DNA from: Actinomycetota bacterium
Lineage (GTDB): Bacteria; Actinomycetota; Aquicultoria; UBA3085; Oleimmundimicrobiaceae
Assembly (NCBI GenBank): GCA_011046085.1
Contig: DSBK01000015.1
Span: 1 to 53,958 of the forward strand
DNA: 53,958 nucleotides
Direction: 5' to 3'
The translations under genes and the position numbers were made by a program. Below the pieces are notes generated by a model. It did not search any database. It was not told where the DNA came from and saw nothing but the letters and a program-made list of their open reading frames with translations. Positions 1 through 7,105 of the stretch are shown in pieces (positions within the stretch are counted from its first letter, which is position 1; the number at the start of each line of letters is the position of its first letter).

Positions 1-101
1 AATTAGTTTATTACGAAGCTTGTTTAAATAAACATCTGGCAATTAAAAGAGAAAAGTACTTAAAGACGGGTTCCGGGAGAGCCTTTTTAAGTAACAGAAT
101 T

Positions 102-178
102 GGGCCCATAGCTCAGTTGGTCAGAGCAGCGGACTCATAATCCGCGTGTCGTAGGTTCGAGTCCTACTGGGCCCACCA
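102..178 (+). tRNA. tRNA-Ile2 (CAT anticodon, lysidine type); tRNA-Met less likely
   Basis: Cloverleaf GGGCCCA...TGGGCCCACCA, anticodon arm GCGGA-CTCATAA-TCCGC, GGTTCGAGTCC T-arm. C4/C5 in the acceptor stem are typical of Ile2. Confidence 0.9.
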
Positions 179-277
179 TTAGTAATATAACTGCATGGTG
201 ATATAGCAACTTGAAAGCGGGAGATTGGATGAGAAGATTCCAAGGTACCGTGTTGCCAAATTCTTATGGCGCTAGCG

Positions 278-352
278 GGGCGATTGGCTCAGTGGGAGAG
301 TGCTGCCTTCACACGGCAGAGGTCGCAGGTTCAAATCCTGTATCGCCCACCA
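278..352 (+). tRNA. tRNA-Val (CAC)
   Basis: GGGCGAT...ATCGCCCACCA, anticodon arm CTGCC-TTCACAC-GGCAG, GGTTCAAATCC T-arm. Confidence 0.95.
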
Positions 353-479
353 TTCTTCGCCTTATGGGCTTCGAATGACATGCCAATTTAATTATACTTG
401 AGGCGAAGAATGTTCTTCCGAAGCTCAAAAGAGCGAAGGAGGACTTAATTATTAGAGCTTCAAATGGCATGCCAATTTT
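353..479. repeat. tRNA-downstream palindromic/direct repeat element
   Basis: GCTTCGAATGACATGCCAATTT (368) and GCTTCAAATGGCATGCCAATTT (457) are direct repeats. TTCTTCGCCT (353) is complementary to AGGCGAAGAA (401). Confidence 0.6.
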
Positions 480-580
480 AAGAAGTGGGGAGAATATCCC
501 GAGCGAGATAAATAAGAATTTAGCAATTGGTTGTTGGAATTTAAAAAATATGGATTTTATATAGCATGTTAGCCTTAAAT

Positions 581-610
581 GGCACCCAGCTATCGGGTGC
601 CTTTTTTTTT
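581..610 (+). terminator. Intrinsic terminator after the tRNA genes
   Basis: GGCACCC-AGCTATC-GGGTGCC followed by T9. Confidence 0.8.
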
Positions 611-621
611 GGAGGAAGAAT

Positions 622-2073
622 TTGATTTATCCGAGCTTCGAAGAGTTTAACAAATTGGCTGGAAAAGGGAGGCATATTCCTGTTTGTAAAATAATGCCTT
701 TTAAAGATGATTTTTTTGAGTTGGCTTCAATGGCCGGGGTAGATAATTCGGGAGTCTTGTTCGAAAGTCTTAAAGGTTCCCCCAGGATATCTCGGTATTC
801 AATCTTTGCGGTTAATCCCTTTCTAACAATTGAAAGCAAAAATGGTGTTGTGAAATTAACTCAAGGCGAGAATTGCAGAGAATTTAAAGGTAATCCCATT
901 GATGAGATACGAAAGGTCTTGGCGAAGAACAAAACCCTTCCGCTTCCAAAGGCACCTTCTTTTTGCGGAGGGGCTTTGGGTTATTTTAGTTATGACGCGG
1001 GTAGGTGGTTTGAGAAAATACCGAATGGGGTAAGGGATGACGCCAGAACGCCGGATTGTCAATTTCACTTTTTTGATGTTGTTTTTGTTTTAGATCATTT
1101 TGATAAAACTCTTTTTGTTACCACGACCGCGCCTATTGAGGGAAACCTAAAACTTGACTATCTTGAAGCGGTTAAAAAGATAGAGGAGCCACTCGCTAAG
1201 ATTGAGAAAAAAAGAATTCAAAAATCAAATATACGCGTCGGTAAAGCTTGCGCAAATTTAAGCCAACAACAGTTTGAAGAGATTGTTAATCAAACGAGAG
1301 AATACATTTTCGCTGGTGACATCTTTCAGGCCAATCTGTCTTTGCGGCTGGATACGCCATTTGTCGGGAATTCATTTGAACTTTATAAGATTCTAAGGAG
1401 AATTAATCCATCTCCATTTGCGGCATATTTAAATTTTAAAGATTTAAGTATTGTAAGTTCTTCTCCGGAGCGATTGGTAAAGGTTGAAGGGGATATTGTA
1501 GAGACTAGGCCCATTGCGGGCACGAGAAGGCGTGGCGTCGATTTTTTAGAAGACGAAAGACTCTCTGTGGATCTTATGCTTAACCAGAAGGAGAGAGCGG
1601 AGCATATAATGCTTGTTGATTTGGAGAGAAACGATTTGGGGCGCATATGCGACTATGGGAGCGTCTGTGTCAATGAATTGATGGTAATCGAACAGTATTC
1701 TCATGTAATTCACATAGTTTCAAATGTCCAAGGGAGAATTTTGCCCGACAAAGATTTGCTGGATGTAGTGAGAGCTTGTTTTCCCGGCGGAACAATTACG
1801 GGATGTCCAAAGATAAGAGCTATGGAGATTATAGATGAGCTGGAACCAACCAGAAGGGGTATCTATACTGGTTCAATCGGTTACTTAAGTTTTTCAGGTT
1901 GCATGGATTTAAATATTGCTATTAGAACTATTATAATTAAAGATGATATTGCTTATGCTCAGGCTGGAGCGGGCATTGTGGCTGATTCTGAACCAAAAAA
2001 AGAGTATTTTGAAAGTTTACAGAAGGCTGAGGCGATGTTGAAAGCGTTGGAAGAATACGGGAGATTAAACTGA
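622..2073 (+). CDS. pabB: Aminodeoxychorismate synthase component I / anthranilate synthase component I family
   Basis: Chorismate-binding motifs SSPERL, TRPIAGT, AEHIMLVDLERNDLG, FPGGTITGCPK. Adjacent to a class IV aminotransferase. GGAGG before the TTG start. Confidence 0.8.
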   Translation: MIYPSFEEFNKLAGKGRHIPVCKIMPFKDDFFELASMAGVDNSGVLFESLKGSPRISRYSIFAVNPFLTIESKNGVVKLTQGENCREFKGNPIDEIRKVLAKNKTLPLPKAPSFCGGALGYFSYDAGRWFEKIPNGVRDDARTPDCQFHFFDVVFVLDHFDKTLFVTTTAPIEGNLKLDYLEAVKKIEEPLAKIEKKRIQKSNIRVGKACANLSQQQFEEIVNQTREYIFAGDIFQANLSLRLDTPFVGNSFELYKILRRINPSPFAAYLNFKDLSIVSSSPERLVKVEGDIVETRPIAGTRRRGVDFLEDERLSVDLMLNQKERAEHIMLVDLERNDLGRICDYGSVCVNELMVIEQYSHVIHIVSNVQGRILPDKDLLDVVRACFPGGTITGCPKIRAMEIIDELEPTRRGIYTGSIGYLSFSGCMDLNIAIRTIIIKDDIAYAQAGAGIVADSEPKKEYFESLQKAEAMLKALEEYGRLN

Positions 2074-2101
2074 ATATATGTTGAAATGCGTGGAGAAAAA
2101 T

Positions 2102-2965
2102 ATGAATGAAAGTATAGTTTTTTTAAATGGAGAATTCGTACCAAGTCATTTAGCGAAAGTATCCGTCTTCGACAGGGGATTTTTATATGGAGATGGTTTA
2201 TTTGAGACAATGAGAGCATATAATGGCAAAATATTTAGACTCGATGCTCATCTTAAGCGTTTATTGAAATCTCTCGATATTATTCATATAAAATGTTCTT
2301 ACGCTCAATTCCAATTAGAAGAAGCTCTTTACGAAACCATGAAAAGAAATAAATTAACTGATGCTTATGTGAGACTTACTGTTACCAGGGGAACGGGGGG
2401 GAAAGGTCTAAATCCTCATGATAATTGCAATCCCACCATTGTAATTGTTGCCAAGAGATTCAACATGTACACTCCGGAACAATACGAAAAAGGGTTTAAG
2501 GTGATGGTGTCAAATTTCCGTCAAAATCAGTTTTCCCCTATAGTTAGTTTAAAATCTATGAATTTTCTGGATAATATATTCGCCAGGTTGGAGGCGAAAC
2601 AAGGTGGGGTGGATGAGGTTATTTTTCTAAATCAGTCCGGTTTTGTGACTGAGGGGTCGGTTAGCAATATTTTTATGGTTTCCAATGACGCAATAATGAC
2701 ACCATCTTGCGAGACGGGTATTTTACCTGGAATTACTCGGGAAGTTGTCTTTGAATTGGCCGAAAACTTGGGTTTCAAGATATCCGAAAAGAATTTTTAT
2801 CTTAAAGAATTGTTTTCCTGCTCCGAGTGTTTTTTGACAAATTCTCTTATCGAAATTATGCCTATAACAAGGATTGAAGATAAGCGGCTTGCAAAGGGGG
2901 AAATAACAAATCAGCTCATGAACACGTATCGCAATTTAGTTCAACGTGAAAACATTGTAACTTAA
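2102..2965 (+). CDS. pabC: Class IV PLP aminotransferase (aminodeoxychorismate lyase / IlvE-like)
   Basis: DRGFLYGDGLFET, EGSVSNIF and ILPGITR motifs. Start moved to ATG 2102 after GGAG. Confidence 0.75.
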   Translation: MNESIVFLNGEFVPSHLAKVSVFDRGFLYGDGLFETMRAYNGKIFRLDAHLKRLLKSLDIIHIKCSYAQFQLEEALYETMKRNKLTDAYVRLTVTRGTGGKGLNPHDNCNPTIVIVAKRFNMYTPEQYEKGFKVMVSNFRQNQFSPIVSLKSMNFLDNIFARLEAKQGGVDEVIFLNQSGFVTEGSVSNIFMVSNDAIMTPSCETGILPGITREVVFELAENLGFKISEKNFYLKELFSCSECFLTNSLIEIMPITRIEDKRLAKGEITNQLMNTYRNLVQRENIVT

Positions 2966-3010
2966 ATATTGAAAAGGTATCATTAATTTACTAAAACGGA
3001 AGGATTGAGG

Positions 3011-3721
3011 ATGAGCGAGCAGTTAATTTTACTGAAGGAGATTCAAGATATAGATTTAAGGAGAGATAAGCTGCTTTCACGGAAAGGGTCTCTCCCGCAC
3101 GTAAAAAAGATAAATGATTTAAAAAGGAAATTCGCCGAATTAAAAAAGGTTTATGGCTTAAAGAAGACCCAATTAGAGGACGAGATGAGCAGACAAAAGA
3201 AGCTGGAGGGAGAATTAGAAATTCTAACCGAAAAGATTGATGAGGAAGACAGGAAGCTTTATGGCGGTTCAATTAAAAACCCGAAAGAATTGGTGGATAT
3301 TCAAAAAGAAATTGGGTCTTTAAAAAGGAAAAAAGATGATTTTGAATTAAATTTGCTTGAAATAATGGAAAAAATTGAGGACTTAAAAGCAAGCAAGGAA
3401 GACCTAAGCGGTTTACTTGAAAGAGCAAAAGAAGAAAACGATAAAGAAATGTTAGAATATAAACAAGCTGTCTCCGAGATTGACGAGGAGCTAAAGATGG
3501 AGAGCGGGAGATACGATGAGCTGATATTGCGTTTAGAGGATGATGTCTATTCCTTATATAAATTACTTAAGAACAAAGATGGCTTGGCTGTTGCTGTTCT
3601 TAAAAATGGGATATGTCAAGGGTGTCACGTTGAACTTCCTGCGGAAGAAGTGGATAGAATTTTAAGTACTGATAATTTGTGGAGATGTCCGAACTGTGAA
3701 AGGATTTTGAGCTGTAAATGA
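3011..3721 (+). CDS. Coiled-coil protein with C-terminal C4 zinc ribbon (DUF164/CT398-like)
   Basis: Long charged coiled coil, then CQGC...CPNCERIL. This family is commonly adjacent to RNase HI. Confidence 0.85.
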   Translation: MSEQLILLKEIQDIDLRRDKLLSRKGSLPHVKKINDLKRKFAELKKVYGLKKTQLEDEMSRQKKLEGELEILTEKIDEEDRKLYGGSIKNPKELVDIQKEIGSLKRKKDDFELNLLEIMEKIEDLKASKEDLSGLLERAKEENDKEMLEYKQAVSEIDEELKMESGRYDELILRLEDDVYSLYKLLKNKDGLAVAVLKNGICQGCHVELPAEEVDRILSTDNLWRCPNCERILSCK

Positions 3722-4236
3722 TGATTGAGAAAATCAATGTGAACAAGCAGGGCGGAGCGCGATTGACAATGCGAGTTGATGGAGCGGCAAGAGGGAATCC
3801 CGGCAATGCTGGCATCGGAGGGATTGTATCTGATGGCGATGATAATGAACTGCTTTCTTTTAGTGAGTATATTGGGGAAACCACTAACAACGTAGCCGAA
3901 TATTCGGCTTTAATCTTTGGATTAAAGAAGCTGGCTCAATTTAAATCGAGTTCAATTATAATTTATTCCGATAGTGAGTTGTTGGTTCAACAATTGAATG
4001 GTTTTTTTAAGGTAAAAAATGCTGGTTTAAAACCATTGTTTGAGCAAGCAAGAAGATTGCTGTCTAAGTATACCGGAGTGACAATATATCACGTTCCACG
4101 CGAGGCCAACAAAGAGGCCGACAAGTTGGCCAATCAAGCAATTGATGGTTATTTGGCTGGAAATAAGGACATTGTAAAAATTGAGGGGTTGTCTGACGGT
4201 AGCCATGAAGTACCGGGGCAAAAAAGTTTTTTCTAA
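3718..4236 (+). CDS. rnhA: Ribonuclease HI family protein
   Basis: DGAARGNPG, TNNVAEY, DSELLVQQ and PREANKEADKLAN motifs. Confidence 0.9.
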   Translation: MMIEKINVNKQGGARLTMRVDGAARGNPGNAGIGGIVSDGDDNELLSFSEYIGETTNNVAEYSALIFGLKKLAQFKSSSIIIYSDSELLVQQLNGFFKVKNAGLKPLFEQARRLLSKYTGVTIYHVPREANKEADKLANQAIDGYLAGNKDIVKIEGLSDGSHEVPGQKSFF

Positions 4237-4299
4237 TGGTAAATAATTAAAAGTTCTCATTTTTAAAAGAGTAATAAGGGAGGAAAGGGAGTAAGTTTT

Positions 4300-4668
4300 A
4301 TGTATGAACTTATGATTAAGACGCACTTTGATGCGGCGCATAGCCTGCGGGGCTATCCAGGACCCTGCCGTGAACTTCATGGACATACCTGGAACGTGGA
4401 GGTTGTTGTTGCAGGAAGAGAGCTGGATGAAATAGACTTAATCTATGATTTTAGAGAATTGAAGGATCAAGTAAAAAAAATTCTCTTGAAATTCGATCAC
4501 AAACATCTTAATGAAGTTCCTCCTTTCGACGCGCTTTCTCCAACCGGAGAGAATATGGCTAGATTTTTTTTCGAAGAAATTAAAAAGATCTTGCCTGGCA
4601 GGGTTTTTCTTAAAAAAGTTAACGTTTGGGAGTCGCCGAATGCGTGTATTACTTATTATAATGATTGA
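4300..4668 (+). CDS. queD: 6-carboxytetrahydropterin synthase
   Basis: FDAAH, CxxxHGH (CRELHGH), DHKHLN, PTGENMA and WESP motifs. Confidence 0.9.
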   Translation: MYELMIKTHFDAAHSLRGYPGPCRELHGHTWNVEVVVAGRELDEIDLIYDFRELKDQVKKILLKFDHKHLNEVPPFDALSPTGENMARFFFEEIKKILPGRVFLKKVNVWESPNACITYYND

Positions 4669-4726
4669 AAAGTTAGCCACCAGCATTCATAAAAGTTTAA
4701 GAACAGAGGGTATAGGGTGACACGGG

Positions 4727-5118
4727 CAAAGGGGTATTGGGTAAAGTTAAACGTAGAGACGTAGTTACGTGGTCATCGTTAGACCTGTCTGCCGACAGGC
4801 AGGCCAGTATCTGGCATAGATACATAGTTAAAAGCAGCAGATGGAAGATAGTAAAGGGGTATTGGGTAAAGTTGAAGATAAAGAACTTTCCTGTCATTAC
4901 GAGGAGCGATAGCGACGAAGTAATCTCAAGAGATTCGAGATTGACACGCCCCGATGAAACATCGGGACTCGCAATGGCGAAAAAGGGGTTCGCAATAATT
5001 GGAAGTAAGAATAAAGATGTACAGGTTAAGATGTACAGGTTAAGGGCTTATCGGACAGTTGGGTAGAAGATAGCAAAACTATAAACTCCCCACTCCCGAC
5101 TAAGAAACTATCGACTAA
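4727..5118. repeat. Mosaic of miniature repeats (purine-rich direct repeats, CCTGTCTGCCGACAGGCAGG palindrome, palindromic element copy 1, GATGTACAGGTTAAG tandem)
   Basis: AAAGGGGTATTGGGTAAAGTT twice (~4728, ~4853); GATGTACAGGTTAAG twice (~5016, ~5030); ACTCCCCACTCCCGACTAA is the reverse complement of a motif at ~12362. Confidence 0.7.
4893..4978. mobile_element. REP/RPE-like palindromic miniature element, copy 1
   Basis: GTCATTACGAG...GTAATCTC...GAGATTG...CTCGCAATGGC. Related copies at 11314, 14021 and 15830. Confidence 0.7.
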
Positions 5119-5136
5119 TGGAAAAGAGCTAAAGAA

Positions 5137-5661
5137 TTGCGATTAAAAAAAGGACTAATTGAAGTTTATACCGGGAACGGAAAAGGTAAAACTACTGCTG
5201 CTTTAGGGCTGGCTATGCGAGCTGTTGGACACGGTTTAAAAGTTTATATATTCCAGTTCTTAAAAGGCAGGGACAGTAGTGAGTTAAACACGGCCAAAGC
5301 CCTAGCTCCCAATCTTGTGATTGAACAAGGGGGAAGCAAAACTCTCTACAAGGGCAAACCATCCGATGAAGACATACGACTGGCACATAATTTATTTAAA
5401 AAATCTCAAGATATCATCCTTAAAGGTGATTACGATGTCGTTGTTTTGGATGAAATAAATGTAGCAATTCATCTTGGATTAATATCAGTTGAGCAAGTTT
5501 TATCTCTTATAGAAAAAAAACCCGAACATTTGGAACTAATTTTAACCGGACGTTATGCTTCTCCTGAAATTATTAAAGTTGCCCATCTCGTTACCGAAAT
5601 GACAAAAATTAAGCATCCGTACGATGAAGGTGTTGAAGCAAGAAAAGGAATTGAGGACTAA
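5137..5661 (+). CDS. cobO: Cob(I)yrinic acid a,c-diamide adenosyltransferase (CobO/BtuR)
   Basis: YTGNGKGKTTAALG, QFLKG, LDEIN, ELILTGR and KHPY motifs. Confidence 0.92.
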   Translation: MRLKKGLIEVYTGNGKGKTTAALGLAMRAVGHGLKVYIFQFLKGRDSSELNTAKALAPNLVIEQGGSKTLYKGKPSDEDIRLAHNLFKKSQDIILKGDYDVVVLDEINVAIHLGLISVEQVLSLIEKKPEHLELILTGRYASPEIIKVAHLVTEMTKIKHPYDEGVEARKGIED

Positions 5662-5667
5662 TAACTG

Positions 5668-5715
5668 CCCCCCCAGTGGGTTCTCGAGACCCGTGCCTCT
5701 ATTAACCATGGGGGG
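5668..5715. terminator. GC-rich branched hairpin between cobO and a convergent candidate RNA
   Basis: CCCCCCA...TGGGGGG outer stem with an inner GGGTTCTCGAGACCC hairpin. Confidence 0.45.
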
Positions 5716-5723
5716 AAATTAAA

Positions 5724-5892
5724 ATCCCAAGAAATCTTTATTAAGTTACCTCTTACTCACAAGTTTTCCTTTTCGTACCCTCCGGCGGTTTTTTACTTGA
5801 CTTTGCCTCACAGCTTAGCTTTTCAATTTCTACCTTTAGGCCGCTACTGGTACACTTGCTTTCAAAGTTCACCTTGTAGGACTTCTTGGGAC
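5724..5892 (-). ncRNA. Candidate ~170-nt rod-like structured ncRNA (family unknown; 6S-like topology possible)
   Basis: Its 5' and 3' ends pair over 13 bp (GTCCCAAGAAGTC / GATTTCTTGGGAT). Nested GCAAGT/ACTTGT, GTACC/GGTAC and GCGG/CCGC stems. Begins ~7 nt after a near-consensus promoter. No ORF. Confidence 0.6.
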
Positions 5893-5899
5893 TAAATTA

Positions 5900-5927
5900 A
5901 TAATAACACAATGGGTTTGAGTGTCAA
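5900..5927 (-). promoter_or_regulatory. SigA/sigma70-type promoter for the candidate ncRNA
   Basis: TTGACA-N16-TATTAT with an extended TG on the minus strand. Confidence 0.7.
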
Positions 5928-6097
5928 TATATTTTTTCAAAAAAATTTTTAAATCTTTAAAAAAAATGTTGTAAAAGTTAGATACCGAAACTCTTTTTGG
6001 CGAAAGGTTGATTGGCGCCGTTTTTGCCGTTGATACAGCTGGTTGCGCCAAAACCGTACTTGGTGAAGTGGCAAAATCTAGAAAAAGGTGAACAAGC

Positions 6098-6125
6098 TAA
6101 AGCTTTCTTTGAATAATGCCGATTT
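6098..6125 (+). promoter_or_regulatory. Sigma28/WhiG-like promoter
   Basis: TAAA-N16-GCCGATTT. A TATAAT also follows at 6126-6131. Confidence 0.5.
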
Positions 6126-6134
6126 TATAATATA

Positions 6135-6259
6135 AGCGAAACCAGTGGATTTTCAAAACATAATATTTTGCCGAAGAGTAAAAGATATTTTGGAAGTTAA
6201 GGAAATTTTCCACTGGAATAGTTAAGGCGAACACAGGAAGGTGTTCGCCTTTATTTTTT
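6135..6259 (+). ncRNA. Candidate ~125-nt sRNA
   Basis: Lies between a promoter and a terminator. CCAGTGGA (6142) / TCCACTGG (6209) closes an imperfect rod. No ORF. Confidence 0.5.
6224..6259 (+). terminator. Intrinsic terminator
   Basis: Perfect 11-bp stem AAGGCGAACAC-AGGAAG-GTGTTCGCCTT followed by TATTTTTT. Confidence 0.8.
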
Positions 6260-6387
6260 ATCTTTTTCTGGCATTGATTGATTTTTTATTTTCCCATCAT
6301 GCGCATTGGCAGAGACCCCAATGTTCCCTTTTGAACTGGTCTTATCAAAGGGTGAAAACTGGTTGGTCTGCCGGTTTCATCTTAATA

Positions 6388-6416
6388 TTGATTTTTACCA
6401 GGTAATTTGCTAAATT
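6388..6416 (+). promoter_or_regulatory. rnpB promoter
   Basis: TTGATT-N17-TAAATT with an extended TG, 7 nt before the RNA 5' end. Confidence 0.65.
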
Positions 6417-6423
6417 TAGTGTG

Positions 6424-6864
6424 GGAAGCGGACTGAGTAATCGCCTCCAAAAGCGGTTGGTGGTTTATGGTTGGTAGTTAATGGTTTAAAAAACTAAAAA
6501 TTGCTAACCAACAACTATAACTGATTTGGGGGAGGAAAGTCCGGACTCCATAGGGCGGGATGCCTCGTAACGCGAGGGCGAAGTGATTCGACGGAAAGTG
6601 CCACAGAAAAGAAAACCCCCTCGCCTTTGGCGGGAGGAAAGCTGAAACGGTGAGGTAAGAGCATCACCAGCTTCGTTGTAAGGCGGAGGCTTGGCAAACC
6701 CCATCCGGAGCAAGGCCAAATAGGGGAGGAGTCGTGGTTGCCCGCCGCGTCACAACTTTCGGGTTGGCCGCATGACCTCGATAGCGATGTCGGGGCTAGA
6801 TAAATGATTACTCAACACCGCTTATGGCGGTGTGGACAGAATCCGGCTTATAGGTCCGCTTTCC
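6424..6864 (+). ncRNA. rnpB: RNase P RNA, bacterial type A, with extended P3
   Basis: GAGGAAAGTCCGGACTCC, GGAAAGTGCCACAGAAA, GGCAAACCCCATCCGGAGCAAGGCC and ACAGAATCCGGCTTA conserved regions. P1 is GGAAGCGGAC / GTCCGCTTTCC. Confidence 0.97.
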
Positions 6865-7105
6865 AAAAATAAAGAATCTAAAAGAAGATAAAAAGCTAAA
6901 AATTATGCTATTCTTGTCAAAACACATACATATTTGGACAACAGAGATTTTATGGTTGAACTTATGGTTGAAAGTTATGATTTCGATTTTGAATTTGAAT
7001 TGATTGAAATGGCAAGGTATTTGGATACCGCTTTATGAATTAACATATTAGATAAAAGTTAAGATTTTTTTAAGATATATCGTGAAATTTTTAACAGGAG
7101 GAAGG

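Noticed and set aside
500-621. Trp leader-peptide attenuator
   Set aside because: No short ORF with an RBS and tandem Trp codons.
4300-4668. PTPS-III (FolB bypass) given the proximity to pabBC
   Set aside because: The motif is CxxxHGH (QueD type), not ExxHGH or CExxHGH.
4737-5066. 109-aa ORF
   Set aside because: Runs entirely through repeat modules, with no RBS or recognisable domain.
5676-5697. Ms1-like GCACGG...ACCCAC motif on the minus strand
   Set aside because: Resemblance is from memory only, and I see no downstream pairing partner.
5800-5870. c-di-GMP-I or cobalamin riboswitch
   Set aside because: CGGCCTAAA is present, but there is no GGCAAA..GAAA..GACGCAAAG P2 and no B12 box, and the element points toward the 3' end of cobO.
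5724-5892. Retron msr-msd
   Set aside because: Terminal inverted repeats are present, but there is no reverse transcriptase in the window.
6339-6365. SAM-I riboswitch (CTTATCAAAGGGTG...ACTGG)
   Set aside because: Lacks the GAGGGA, GCAACC and GGTGC core elements and has no downstream gene.
6504-6719. Minus-strand ORFs
   Set aside because: Antisense to RNase P RNA.
6952-7038. 28-aa acidic ORF and TTATGGTTGAA tandem
   Set aside because: No clear RBS or homology; could be an operator or chance, and cannot be supported.
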